Shown here: positions 1 to 10,147 of the stretch, one piece after another | Numbering within the stretch: position 1 is the first letter of the stretch | Layout: each line of letters begins with the position of its first letter | NCBI GenBank assembly: GCA_030018265.1 | Contig: JASEFX010000002.1 | Span: forward strand, 45,506 to 109,505 | Origin: Candidatus Saccharicenans sp. | Lineage (GTDB): Bacteria > Acidobacteriota > Aminicenantia > Aminicenantales > Saccharicenantaceae | Direction: 5' to 3' | Length of the DNA: 64,000 nt | Translations under genes and position numbers: made by a program | The notes under the pieces: generated by a model | The model's input: only the letters and a program-made list of their open reading frames with translations | What the model was told of the DNA's origin: nothing | Database searches by the model: none

Positions 1-215
1 TATTTACCGCCTTTATCAGTCTTCACCCGGTAATTGCGACTGGTATTTAGATCCTTCAGGAATATATCAACCCCCGGCACAGGATTCCTCTCAGTGTCCA
101 CCACCACACCAAAGATATGATATTCGCGGTACTGAGCCAGACCGGATGAAATAATTAACACCACAGCGAGAATCGCCGGGGATAAACTTCTCAGTACTTT
201 TTTTGTTCCTTTCAT
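1..215 (-). CDS. 5' part of an exported protein that starts with a carboxypeptidase-regulatory-like beta-sandwich; the gene runs off the window start
   Basis: This ORF is absent from the ORF track because it is truncated. Manual minus-strand translation from the ATG at 215..213 gives MKGTKKVLRSLSPAILAVVLIISSGLAQYREYHIFGVVVDTERNPVPGVDIFLKDLNTSRNYRVKTDKGGK. The N-terminus looks like a signal peptide. The ATG overlaps the stop of the upstream gene (ATGA, stop at 214..212). Confidence 0.45.
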   Translation of the reverse strand, partial: MKGTKKVLRSLSPAILAVVLIISSGLAQYREYHIFGVVVDTERNPVPGVDIFLKDLNTSRNYRVKTDKGGK

Positions 216-2605
216 TTTCTTAACTCCTGTTGCTGATTTTTATATTGATTGGCCAGAGCCAGCGCCTGCTGCACCCTGGCCGGCTGACCGAGCCGGCTGT
301 AAACATCAGCCAGAAGAAAATAACCCAGAGCTTGAAGCTCGGGAGTTTTCGCTTTGCTCAGACCGGTTTTCACCAGCTCGAGAATTTCTTCCGGATGATC
401 ATTTCGCAGGAGCTTCCCCCTGGCCAGAAAAAGATATCCTTCTGCCTGTTCAGGAGCTGTTCTCATCACTTTTTCCATCTGTTCGAGATATCCATCCAGG
501 TCACCTTCTTTCAGCATAAGCTTGCCGAGATTAAAGCGGGCACGGTAATGGTCTGGATAATATTCAATTTCCCGGGCGTAAGCCTGACAGGCTTCATCAA
601 GCTTTCCCTGTTCTTCATACAAAAGGCCAAGATGAAAATGCGCCAGCGGAAATTTTGGGTACTCCTCGATCACCTGATGGAGGAGCTTTTCCGCCTGACC
701 ATATTCCTTCAATCCGATCAAACATACCGCCAGGTTCAAAACGTTGCGGGTGATCTTAGGTTGAATGGCCACAGCTTTTTCCAGATAGGGACGAGCTTTA
801 TCATGTTCCATCCTGGCCATGTACACTTCGCCCATCAGGATGTAAGCCTGAGTGTTGCGGTCGTCAATGGAAAGGGCTTTTTGAGCCAGCGCCAGAACAT
901 CATCTTCCCTGCCCTCTTCCAGCAGAATGCTGGCCAGTCCGATGAGGGCCTGAATCGAATTCGGATCTTCTTTAAGTATTTCATCCAGAATACGACGGGC
1001 ATCAGCTTTACGGCCGAGTTCTGTGTAGCAGGTGGCCAGGAGCAGCCGGGCCTGAGGAATTCCCGGCTCCTGAGAAAGCGCCCTTTCGAGATTCCGGGCT
1101 GCATGCTCATATTTTTCATGGTTGATCAGGTCCCCGGCCTGTTGAATGAGTTCATAGATTTCAAGTTTATCCTTGGGGTCAGCCAGCTCCCTGGCCGGTC
1201 TGGTTTTCATGGCCACCGAAGCTCCGATGTATCCGAGAGCGGCGAGTCGTTCTATCGTCTGCGAATCAAGATTGGCGGCCTGGGGTTCAGGAGCGCCCAG
1301 GCTTATTTTTTCCACCAGGGAGTCGAGTTCGCTTTTAAGCCTGAATCCGACTTCGGGATACAGATTCTGCACATCATTCAATTCCTTCGGGTCAGACCTC
1401 AGGTCATAAAGCTCTGGCCGGGGAGCGTCTATAAACTTAAACCTGGAAGTCCGGATTCCAAGAAGAGGACTCCAGCCATAATGAAGATTCGGGCTCAGAG
1501 ATTCGCAGTAAGCCGGAAATTCCTTTTCTTTTTTGCCCAGCATAAGCCTTAATAGCGAACGTCCCTGAGTCTGAGGAATCTCAAGGCCGGCCAGCGCGGC
1601 GATCGTCGGAAGAATGTCCACCACACTGACCTGAACCGGCACCCTCACCTTTTGCAGCCGGGGATCGGGGCAAACCATAATCAGCGGCACATGAACAGCG
1701 TAATCATAAATAAAAAATCCGTGAGCCAGTTCCCCGTGATCGCCAAGCCCCTCGCCATGATCTCCCACCAGAACGATCACCGTCCGACGGTCGAGTCCCT
1801 TCGCTTTCAACCAGTTATGAATCCTACCTATCTGTTCATCCATGAAGGCGATTTCGCCATCATAAAGGCTAACCGGAGGGAAATAATTATACTGAGAAAA
1901 ATACGGCTCTGGCGGCTCATAAGGAAGATGGGGGTCATAGAAATGAACCCAGGCAAAAAATGGCTTTCCCTCGTTTTCCTCCAGCCATCGGAGAGCGGCA
2001 TCAGCCACTTCGTTTCCCGGCCGCTGCACTGTTCCCAGGTCCAGCTGTTTATATTTTTTCAGGTCAAACTGGTCGTCATAATGATCAAACCCCCGCTTCA
2101 GTCCCCAGCGACCGTCAAGCACAAAAGCTCCGATAAAAGCAGCAGTTTTATACCCGGCTCTGGAAAAAATTTCCGCCGCCGTGGTTACAGAATCAGAAAG
2201 TGCGTTGTTGCCGTTCACCCTGACCCCGTGGTAAGGCGGATAATAACCGGTGAGTATCGAACAGTGAGCCGGCAATGTCAGCGGAGACACCGTGGCGCAC
2301 TGCTCAAACACCACACCCCGCTCTCCCAGTTCGTTAAGATGAGGAGTCTGGACTCCGTTATAGCCATAAAGCGGGAGATGGTCGGCGCGTGTGGTGTCAA
2401 GAGTGATCAGAAGGACGTTCGGCCGGTCTATCTTCTGTCTTTTCCAGTAATCTCTTAGAGAAAATGGCGATTGGAGCCAGGTTTTCCAGACCAGCCAGCC
2501 CGCAGCTATCAGAACTGTTATTCCCAGAATTATATGGATAACAGCCGGACTCTTCCGCTGGCTTTTTTCCGGATGAGGCTTTTGCCGGTTATTCTTTCCG
2601 CTCAT
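212..2605 (-). CDS. membrane-anchored sulfatase-like (alkaline phosphatase superfamily) enzyme fused to C-terminal TPR repeats
   Basis: 797-aa ORF with an N-terminal TM helix (VIHIILGITVLIAAGWLVW). It has the metal-site motif LITLDTTRADH and GDHGEGLGDHGE. The position of the sulfatase C/S-x-P-x-R signature reads T-L-P-A-H. The last ~330 aa are TPR-like helical repeats. Confidence 0.8.
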   Translation of the reverse strand: MSGKNNRQKPHPEKSQRKSPAVIHIILGITVLIAAGWLVWKTWLQSPFSLRDYWKRQKIDRPNVLLITLDTTRADHLPLYGYNGVQTPHLNELGERGVVFEQCATVSPLTLPAHCSILTGYYPPYHGVRVNGNNALSDSVTTAAEIFSRAGYKTAAFIGAFVLDGRWGLKRGFDHYDDQFDLKKYKQLDLGTVQRPGNEVADAALRWLEENEGKPFFAWVHFYDPHLPYEPPEPYFSQYNYFPPVSLYDGEIAFMDEQIGRIHNWLKAKGLDRRTVIVLVGDHGEGLGDHGELAHGFFIYDYAVHVPLIMVCPDPRLQKVRVPVQVSVVDILPTIAALAGLEIPQTQGRSLLRLMLGKKEKEFPAYCESLSPNLHYGWSPLLGIRTSRFKFIDAPRPELYDLRSDPKELNDVQNLYPEVGFRLKSELDSLVEKISLGAPEPQAANLDSQTIERLAALGYIGASVAMKTRPARELADPKDKLEIYELIQQAGDLINHEKYEHAARNLERALSQEPGIPQARLLLATCYTELGRKADARRILDEILKEDPNSIQALIGLASILLEEGREDDVLALAQKALSIDDRNTQAYILMGEVYMARMEHDKARPYLEKAVAIQPKITRNVLNLAVCLIGLKEYGQAEKLLHQVIEEYPKFPLAHFHLGLLYEEQGKLDEACQAYAREIEYYPDHYRARFNLGKLMLKEGDLDGYLEQMEKVMRTAPEQAEGYLFLARGKLLRNDHPEEILELVKTGLSKAKTPELQALGYFLLADVYSRLGQPARVQQALALANQYKNQQQELRK

Positions 2606-2841
2606 CAGGCAGTCACCATTTTACTCTGACCACAGCTATTATATAACACCTGAAAAATTCCTGAAAAAAACATCGGTCTGGAAAGCTTACATTTTTACAC
2701 CTGTATCAATTTTCCGATTGCTGTCTCACGCCTTTTATCATGCTTTATAAACGTTCAGAAAAAAGCGCCTGAAACTTCTTCTCTGAACTGATACGGAAAA
2801 ATGAATGACACTCTATTCAGCTGAAAAAATTTCCATCCTTT

Positions 2842-5463
2842 TTATTTTTCGCTCTCAAGCCAGGCGCGATAAATAGCCCAGACCGCTCCCGGTCTCATGT
2901 ATTTCATCGCCCGGAACAGCCTCTGGCCGTATTTCTGGTCAGGTCTGTTCCAGACTTTCTCTTCCGGGTTCAGATAGGCTTCCGGCGTCTTGAAGAAATA
3001 ACCCTGTCCTTCCGGACTCCAGACCACCCGGTAAATTCCATAGGCCGTTTGCCAGGCTTCCTTTCTCAACCCGTGAAGAAGGCAGTTAGCAGCGAAAGCG
3101 TAAGCTGTTCCCACCCAGACTTCATCTCCCTGCTGGCTCAGAAGCTGTTCACCTGTAGCTTTCCGGCCGTTAACCGCCCCCATCAAGCCATCACCGAAAC
3201 CGGCGACGTTATGATGGAAAATAGTGTTCAGCGATCGCTTTATCTGCGTCGAGCTGATTACCGGGTCATTTTTTTCTAACCCGAGTATCGCCGCATACCA
3301 CAGACCGAAGAGCTGATCTGTCATGATGTCATCAGTATGACTGTCTATGTGAAAATATCCTTTTTCCTCATTCCAGAGCTTCTGAATTTCAGCCTTCCCG
3401 GCTGCCAGCCAGGCCAGATATTTTTTTTGCACCCGGTCCACATTCAACCCTTCCACCTGATGTATTCCGTTTTCCAGCAAAAGATCTCCCAGTTTTATTG
3501 TAGCTTTAAGAGAAGCCAGCCAGAGAAGGCCTACATAAGCGCTGGTGCCCTTCATCCGCCAGGTGTCATAGGTCTGGTCGGGAATGGCTTCATTCTGAGG
3601 AATGTGAGACTCTGGATGCCCGAATTTACTCTCCAGGGTGTCGAGAGCCAGGACTGAAGAGTAAAACACTTCCCTGAGAAAATCCACATCCTTCCGACCG
3701 ACAGCCAGATAATCCCTTAAAGCCCGGAGGGGAAACTTCGGATTCAGGTCCTTCCAGACATTTCCGTTCTGCCAGTCAAAGGCGTTCATAACCACCCAGG
3801 GTCTGCCACGGGGAGAACCGAGGTCGTGCGGAATCATCCCTGGTTCTTTGTTCACATTCCAGTAATAGCCCTTTTTATCAGGCGGAACTTCATCCGGAAA
3901 TGTTACATTGTACTGGTAAATTTTATAAGCCGGGTCGAACATCCTGATGGTTTGAGCGAAATATCTGATATTCCGCCATTCCAGCTCGGGCCAGAGCTCC
4001 AGCAGCTGCCAGCAGTAAGAGTCAACGTCAAAGGTGCCGTACATCAGGTAATCAGCGCTCTCAAGGTAGGTGAAAAGGTCGGTGGTAGCTTCCCAGATTC
4101 CAGTCTCTGAAAGAACGTACAGTTCGTTGAAGAGAATCTGCTTGAACCAGGGAGGAAGCTCCTTACGGTTAAGGATAGACGCCTGCCAGCTGTCTATGGC
4201 TTTTTCCCATTCCCGGTGGTGGTCGAGAGCCTCAAAGGCAATCTTCAGGGCGTTTTCTCCGCTGTCTCCGAAAAACTCGGTGTATTTCTTGCGATATTTC
4301 ACACCTTTTTCAAATTCGTAATACGGAAAATCCCAGCTGACAGCGAAGGGAATTTCCAGCCTCTGACCGGGCTTCAGTTTTATTTTTACGGCCAGAGCCG
4401 AAGCTGAACGTTTTGACCTTGAGGCTGGTTGAGCCGGTCCTGAAGGCAAACGGCCGCTCCCGGCAAAAGGAATCATCACTTCCGAGCCATCTCCGGTCGG
4501 GTCAAAATCGAGAAGGTAGCTCACTTCTGCTCCGGGAACCTCCAGCACAGCGATGCTCATCGTGCCGGAAAGGGCATTTCCGGATTTTATGTTCATCCCC
4601 TTCCGACGGAAGATTATTCCCTTCCGCGGGCCGTTTTCTGAAAACTCGCTGAAATTTCCGGCACTGTTCTTGTCCCAGATGAACTGTGTGGCCGGCGCCT
4701 TTCCGCCAGGCCAGCGCGCCTCCCAGCCCACCATGTTTTCCCAGGTCAACATCAACGACACTTCCACTTCTGATTTTGCCGGGTTTTTAATTATCCATCT
4801 GTACACCGCTACCGGATAACTGCTTTCCCGGTAGTTGTGCGGAATAACCGGAGAAAATTGAACCACAGCGAGAGTCACCGGCCAGTCCTTTTTCTTTTCG
4901 AACGAGAAACCGCTTTTAGGATAAAGAGCAAAATAGTCGCCGCTTCCAGGCGCGAGATCCCATTTCCAGCTCTCCAGGACTTTTTCCGGTCTTCCGGCCG
5001 AGAGCGTCTGAACTATTTTTCGGTCTCCCCTTTTCATAAAAACGTGAAAAGCGCTGGCCGGCAGATAATCGTCGACATACCAGCCGGATTTGAGAAACCA
5101 GTAGCGAAATCGACCGCTGAACGTCCATTCATACCCGCCTGCCCCCAATCCTCCCACAGGACAGGCGCTTCCTTCAGGGTCGTTGTCAATATTTCCTTCG
5201 ACCGCGGTTCTGCCGAATTTTTCCATCCGGTAACCAAAAGGCCGGGTAAAGGAACAATCAGGAAATCCAGCGATATTGGCGGGCGCTGGTTGAAATCTAT
5301 ACTCAAACCCAGGAAGCGCCTGAAGACCAGCTGTAGTTTTCTGCTGCCCGAGCAGGAAGCTCTTAAAAAACACCACCCCCGCCATTAACAAAAAAACGGT
5401 TAACATCCGGAGGCTGCCATTTTGCAGCCTGATAGACATAATTGCTTTTTTCATCTCTTCCAC
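2842..5463 (-). CDS. GH116-family beta-glucosidase/glucosylceramidase-like glycoside hydrolase (exported)
   Basis: 873-aa ORF with a hydrophobic N-terminus (LTVFLLMAGVVFF). It carries the CPVGGLGAGG motif typical of the GH116 N-terminal domain and a long C-terminal catalytic region. Confidence 0.75.
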   Translation of the reverse strand: MEEMKKAIMSIRLQNGSLRMLTVFLLMAGVVFFKSFLLGQQKTTAGLQALPGFEYRFQPAPANIAGFPDCSFTRPFGYRMEKFGRTAVEGNIDNDPEGSACPVGGLGAGGYEWTFSGRFRYWFLKSGWYVDDYLPASAFHVFMKRGDRKIVQTLSAGRPEKVLESWKWDLAPGSGDYFALYPKSGFSFEKKKDWPVTLAVVQFSPVIPHNYRESSYPVAVYRWIIKNPAKSEVEVSLMLTWENMVGWEARWPGGKAPATQFIWDKNSAGNFSEFSENGPRKGIIFRRKGMNIKSGNALSGTMSIAVLEVPGAEVSYLLDFDPTGDGSEVMIPFAGSGRLPSGPAQPASRSKRSASALAVKIKLKPGQRLEIPFAVSWDFPYYEFEKGVKYRKKYTEFFGDSGENALKIAFEALDHHREWEKAIDSWQASILNRKELPPWFKQILFNELYVLSETGIWEATTDLFTYLESADYLMYGTFDVDSYCWQLLELWPELEWRNIRYFAQTIRMFDPAYKIYQYNVTFPDEVPPDKKGYYWNVNKEPGMIPHDLGSPRGRPWVVMNAFDWQNGNVWKDLNPKFPLRALRDYLAVGRKDVDFLREVFYSSVLALDTLESKFGHPESHIPQNEAIPDQTYDTWRMKGTSAYVGLLWLASLKATIKLGDLLLENGIHQVEGLNVDRVQKKYLAWLAAGKAEIQKLWNEEKGYFHIDSHTDDIMTDQLFGLWYAAILGLEKNDPVISSTQIKRSLNTIFHHNVAGFGDGLMGAVNGRKATGEQLLSQQGDEVWVGTAYAFAANCLLHGLRKEAWQTAYGIYRVVWSPEGQGYFFKTPEAYLNPEEKVWNRPDQKYGQRLFRAMKYMRPGAVWAIYRAWLESEK

Positions 5464-5474
5464 CTCCTCTCCCT

Positions 5475-6641
5475 TCAGGGGTATACTTTATGACCCCTTA
5501 CATAAGTGGCAAGCGTCTGAAACTCAGAATCAAAAACCGCTATGTTAGCCAGTTTCCCCGGTTCCAGACTGCCCATTATGTTTTCGAGACCGACGCTTTC
5601 AGCCGGACTGAGTGAAGCCATCCTGATGACGGCTGGCACTGGAAGACCTGTCCATTTCAGGACGTTCTTCACCGCCTGATTCAGACGGAGAACCGACCCG
5701 GCCAGAGCGCCTGAATCCTTTAACCTGACCTCGGCTCCCCGGAGAACAATCTGCATGTCTCCCCAGTCATACGTTCCGTCGGGAAGTCCGGCCGCTTTGA
5801 GTGAATCAGTTATCAGACAGACGCGCTCAGGTTTTTTTCGAAACACGGCCAGCCGGATAAAAGATGGATGCACATGGATGCCGTCAGAGATTAATTCAGC
5901 AAATACATTATCGCTGTCCATAACCGCTCCCAGACCTCCCGGTTCCCGATGATGAAATTCCCGCCAGGCATTAAAAAGATGAGTAGCGTGGCTGGCGCCG
6001 GCAGCTATGGCCGCCATCGCTTCATCATAGGTCGCATCAGAATGCCCTATTGAGACCACCCAGCCCATTTCAACTATCTTCGGTATAAAGCTAACGTTCC
6101 GGCCGGTTTCCGGAGCGATGGTGATCAGTGTTTTGAGCGGCCCCAGAACTTCCTGCAGAGTTTTAAGTTCAGATTCCTGAATCTCCCGGACGTATTTCGG
6201 GTCCTGGGCACCTTTTCTTTTTAGACTGACGTATGGACCTTCAAGATGAATGCCGGCAATCCCGGACAGCAGTTTTTGTGATGCCGCTTCCCTGACCGCC
6301 TGTATGGCTTCAAGGATTCTATCAAGGGGTGCGGTAAGCGTTGTCGGGAAAAACGCCGTCACTCCACAGGCGGCCTGATGAGCGGCAATTTCTTTTAGCC
6401 CATCAACGTTCGCATCCATAACCTCATGGCCGAGAGCTCCGTGAAGATGCACGTCCACCAGACCCGGCGCTACCCACTGCCCGCGGTAATCGTGTATCTC
6501 TGAGATTCCCTCCATCTGAAAGTTTATTCCGGAAACATCCAGCAGAATTTTTTCGATTTTTTCGTCTTCTACAATCACCGCTCCGTTCTCTGCCACCCGG
6601 TCCTTAAGAATTAGATTTCCTTTTATGACTATCTTCTTCAT
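5475..6641 (-). CDS. nagA: N-acetylglucosamine-6-phosphate deacetylase
   Basis: 388 aa with amidohydrolase motifs VDVHLHGALG, HLEGPY and GHSDATY. It sits in a GlcNAc catabolic context. Confidence 0.9.
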   Translation of the reverse strand: MKKIVIKGNLILKDRVAENGAVIVEDEKIEKILLDVSGINFQMEGISEIHDYRGQWVAPGLVDVHLHGALGHEVMDANVDGLKEIAAHQAACGVTAFFPTTLTAPLDRILEAIQAVREAASQKLLSGIAGIHLEGPYVSLKRKGAQDPKYVREIQESELKTLQEVLGPLKTLITIAPETGRNVSFIPKIVEMGWVVSIGHSDATYDEAMAAIAAGASHATHLFNAWREFHHREPGGLGAVMDSDNVFAELISDGIHVHPSFIRLAVFRKKPERVCLITDSLKAAGLPDGTYDWGDMQIVLRGAEVRLKDSGALAGSVLRLNQAVKNVLKWTGLPVPAVIRMASLSPAESVGLENIMGSLEPGKLANIAVFDSEFQTLATYVRGHKVYP

Positions 6642-6823
6642 CCCGAAATTCCTCCTTTCTGAAATAAAATTACCATCTGAATTTTACCACCGGAAGAACA
6701 ACATAAGTTAGAGGTCCAAACCGATCAGTTTCAGCATCCTTATTTTAATCATCATCTTTTTATTTTGATACCTGAATTTTTCCAGGAGAATGACTGATCC
6801 CGCATTTTTCTGAACGCAGCTTT

Positions 6824-7729
6824 TCAGTCCATACTCACCCGCCCCTGCTCCCGGAGGTCCCGATAGCTCAGCAGCCTGATATTTCTTCTCGCAATGACCT
6901 TCTTCACCCCGGGACTGGTGATGGCCTTTAGCTCAGCTGAACGGTGTCGGTAGACATCTTTCAGGCCGTCAGGATTAAGGTCGACGATGGCCCTCTCCTC
7001 GGGAGTGTCAAGACCGGGGTGAACCACCAGAAGATACAGTCCGGGTTTAGCCGTTTGAAGTTTTTCCAGAAGAACTTTTTCCTTCAATTCGGGTGGGACA
7101 TCATAGATGTTAAAAAATTCCCGGTCTTCCCCGCATTCGCCAGAAATCGGCAGCCTGTATTCCCTGGCCAGCTTTCTGACAACCGCCCGGAATTCATCTC
7201 TGGTCTCAAGACTGTCCATATGAGTATCAAGGTAATCAAGTCGAAGACCATACTTTAAGGCTCTATCGATCTGAGCCCGAAGCTCTTTTTCGACTTCCTC
7301 AGGGCGGGGGTCTCTTGCAAGGAAATCTCTGGCCGTCGGGAAAAAATAACCCTCCTCATCCACCAGCGTCGGCACGAGATTATAAGGCAGAACCGGCCTC
7401 CAGCGATAGTCCTTCCACTCGGCATTAACGCACAGATGAACACCGATTGACCACTGCCAGTTTTCACGACAGCGTCTGGCGGCATCTTCAAACCAGGGCG
7501 CCGGAACCAGAAGGCCGCCGGCCGTCAGAATTCCCCGGTTAAAAGCTATCTCAAACGCCTCGTTGGCAGAGTGGGTCATGCCCATATCATCGCCCCGTAC
7601 TATCAGTTCCACCGGCTGAGCCCCTTCCTCAAGTTCTCTGGCCCTGACCAGAAGAAACACCAGTATAACTGTCAGAAACACGGCAAAAATGCCCGCGGTA
7701 TTTCTTCTCCCCGCCACATTTTGTTTCAT
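6824..7729 (-). CDS. YdjC/ChbG-family carbohydrate deacetylase with an N-terminal membrane anchor
   Basis: It has the DDMGMTHSANEAFEIAF motif of the YdjC family. The track ORF extends to 7771. The ATG at 7729 (MKQNVAGRR...) is preceded by GGAGGG about 8 nt upstream, so it is the preferred start. Confidence 0.75.
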   Translation of the reverse strand: MKQNVAGRRNTAGIFAVFLTVILVFLLVRARELEEGAQPVELIVRGDDMGMTHSANEAFEIAFNRGILTAGGLLVPAPWFEDAARRCRENWQWSIGVHLCVNAEWKDYRWRPVLPYNLVPTLVDEEGYFFPTARDFLARDPRPEEVEKELRAQIDRALKYGLRLDYLDTHMDSLETRDEFRAVVRKLAREYRLPISGECGEDREFFNIYDVPPELKEKVLLEKLQTAKPGLYLLVVHPGLDTPEERAIVDLNPDGLKDVYRHRSAELKAITSPGVKKVIARRNIRLLSYRDLREQGRVSMD

Positions 7730-7852
7730 TTTCAACCCTCCGGTTTGATTTTTATCCATTTCACCGGACATGGCGATTTTTATTTTTTTATTCCAGCCCT
7801 GTCCTGGCGCAAAAACCTGCTCCCCTTTTTAATAAATCCCTGTTTCGCTTTC

Positions 7853-9118
7853 TCAGTCTTCACCTTCATCGGAAACTGCGTTTGATTTCAAGGCGTTGGA
7901 ACTCACTTTTTTCCTGATGGCCAGCTGCAGCGCCAGAATCATAATCAGACTGAAAACCGGCACCAGAAGAGCTCTTCGAAGAGAACTGTTCTGGCTTACC
8001 TGACCTATCAACCATGGAGACAGCATGCCGCCAGCCAGCCCGGTGGTGATGGCCAGAGAAAAAGCCGTTCCGGAAAACTGCGCAAATCTTTCTCCGATAA
8101 CCGAAAGAGTGGTCGGATAGATGGCGGCAAACCCCAGGCCGATTAACAGAGCAAAAACTGCGGCCAGCAACCCAGAGGGGCTGAGCATCAGTCCGACCAC
8201 TGAAATCAGCGCCAGCAGAACGCTCGCCAGCACCACATTTTCTCTTTTCCAGGCCCGGTTTACAGCCGGATAGAGGAATCGCCCGACGATCAGAAAAAAC
8301 CAGTAACTCGAAAGAATCAGGGCTGAACTGCTGAGGCTGAAATTGAACCTCTCCTGAAAATAACTGCTGAGCCAGCCGCCAACGGAAAATTCGTTGCCCG
8401 ACTGAAAGAAAAGCACAAAAGCCGCCAGCCAGAGTAGCCTGGAGCTTACCAGTTTTTTCAACTGTTTCCACTCAAACCCCTGAGCCTGCTTTGGCCGCGG
8501 ATAGCTGAAGATCATAAAAAGAATAAAAGGCACCAGGCTCAACCCGGCCGGAATCAAAATCACCGGACGAAGACCGAGCTGCCTTAAAAAAGTGCCGATG
8601 ATCAACGGCACCAGCATCGCTCCAAAACCGAAAAACACGCCAAGAAAATTCAGCGCTGCCGCCCTTCTTTCCGGATGAAGGTCGTTAACCAGAGCGTTAC
8701 TTCCGCCGTTGAGAACTCCACCAGCCATCCCGAGAAATACCACCGACAGCATGACCATCCGGTAGGTTCCGGAAAAAGCCAGCCCGGCAAAAGCCAGACC
8801 CACCAGCAGAGAGGCCGGAGCCAGAAGCAGTTTGAACCCGAAACGATCCACCACCGGGCCGAAAAACATCGTGGCCACCAGCATCCCCAGGTTCATAAAA
8901 AAGAAAAGATTTCCAGCCTGAGCGCGCTGCAGGTCAAGCTTCTCCACCAGCTGCGGAAGGATCGCTCCGAGAATGGCCATGACGATGCCGAAGATAAAAA
9001 TCGAAGAACAGCTGGCCGCCGTCAGCTTCCAGGCAAGACTGGAATCCTTTAAGTTTTCCTGATCGACGGTCTTCATATTTTCCATATGTACCTCTTCCCT
9101 CACTTTAAATTCCTTCAA
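7853..9118 (-). CDS. MFS sugar transporter
   Basis: 421-aa polytopic hydrophobic protein of about 12 TM segments with MFS-like loop motifs. The start is ambiguous: TTG at 9118, or ATG at 9085 preceded by GAGG. Confidence 0.75.
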   Translation of the reverse strand: MKEFKVREEVHMENMKTVDQENLKDSSLAWKLTAASCSSIFIFGIVMAILGAILPQLVEKLDLQRAQAGNLFFFMNLGMLVATMFFGPVVDRFGFKLLLAPASLLVGLAFAGLAFSGTYRMVMLSVVFLGMAGGVLNGGSNALVNDLHPERRAAALNFLGVFFGFGAMLVPLIIGTFLRQLGLRPVILIPAGLSLVPFILFMIFSYPRPKQAQGFEWKQLKKLVSSRLLWLAAFVLFFQSGNEFSVGGWLSSYFQERFNFSLSSSALILSSYWFFLIVGRFLYPAVNRAWKRENVVLASVLLALISVVGLMLSPSGLLAAVFALLIGLGFAAIYPTTLSVIGERFAQFSGTAFSLAITTGLAGGMLSPWLIGQVSQNSSLRRALLVPVFSLIMILALQLAIRKKVSSNALKSNAVSDEGED

Positions 9119-9172
9119 GTTACCTCATAACGCCCGGGTTTTTCTCCGTACACAGGCGGTTAAATTTTATTT

Positions 9173-9994
9173 TCATTTTTTCTTTTTATCGAGTCTGGCC
9201 ATTTTCCGTTGCTGATAATTTTCAACGGCGGCGGTTTCCCCCACCGGCCGGCTGTAATAAAATTCAGTAAAAGCCCGGTAAACCCGGTCGTTATGGTCGG
9301 GAGAAATCCCCGGTACGTTTGGAGAAACAAACGTGGGCGGCAATTTCCCCCGTTCCGCCAGCAAAGCTCCGGCTTCAGCCAGAAGAGCCATAGCCACCGA
9401 GACCGCGGCCACCGTCGAACCGGCAGCTATTTTTTCCTGTCTTCCCACATCAACCAGAGCATCCTCCGGCGGCGTGCAGTTGTCGATGGCGATGTCGGCA
9501 ATCTGCGCCAGAAATTTTCCGGAAGAATGAGACGGGCGCGAAACTTTCATATTCTGATGGCTGGAAACAGAAATTACCCTGAGACCGCGCTTCTTAGCTT
9601 CGATGGCCACTTCCAGCGGTGCAGCATTTCGCCCGCCGTGAGAAAAAACGATCATCACATCGCCCGGCTGAAGAGAATAACTCTGGAGGAAAACAGAGGC
9701 GTAACCTTCCTGCCTTTCTATCCACAGGAGTTCTCTGGCTCCACCTGGACCGATTACGTTATGCCACATCAACCTCGGTTCGTAGAGCGGATAAAACCCG
9801 ACGAAACTTCCATAGCGGGGAAAAACATCCATCACCGGGATGACCGAATGTCCGCTGCCAAAAAGATAAACGCGATTTCCGGAAGCGATGGCTTCAGCCA
9901 TTATCTTCCCCGCTTTTTTTATTTTCCGGAGCTGAGTTTTTTGAATTTTACTGATAATTTTTTGAATCCTATCAAAATACTTTTCTGCCGACAT
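9173..9994 (-). CDS. SIS (sugar isomerase) domain protein
   Basis: 273 aa with the LFGSGHS phosphosugar-binding loop and an overall single-SIS-domain layout. It lies between a sugar transporter and a sugar kinase. Confidence 0.7.
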   Translation of the reverse strand: MSAEKYFDRIQKIISKIQKTQLRKIKKAGKIMAEAIASGNRVYLFGSGHSVIPVMDVFPRYGSFVGFYPLYEPRLMWHNVIGPGGARELLWIERQEGYASVFLQSYSLQPGDVMIVFSHGGRNAAPLEVAIEAKKRGLRVISVSSHQNMKVSRPSHSSGKFLAQIADIAIDNCTPPEDALVDVGRQEKIAAGSTVAAVSVAMALLAEAGALLAERGKLPPTFVSPNVPGISPDHNDRVYRAFTEFYYSRPVGETAAVENYQQRKMARLDKKKK

Positions 9995-10147
9995 GAAGTT
10001 TTCTCCTTGCTCTATTATACGAAAAACTTTTTAGCCTGCGGAATCTTTCCTTTAAGCTGAAAATTTTTAATGCTTTCAGCACCATACAGAGCTTGAGCAA
10101 AAAATCCAGGTTTCAGCGCTTGATTTTTCATCGCTTCACCCGTCTTT

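Noticed and set aside
230-1552. Long antisense ORFs opposite well-supported genes: 230..1552 (440 aa), 1652..2458, 9209..10060 (283 aa), 12107..12730, 23469..24062, 35136..35771, 35924..36574, 38543..39388 (281 aa), 50923..51549 and 58172..58957.
   Set aside because: Each lies fully inside a longer ORF on the other strand that has clear family motifs, or for the giant pair a much longer uninterrupted frame with an SD. Their translations are low-complexity and R/S/G/F-rich with no motifs. They are typical shadow ORFs.
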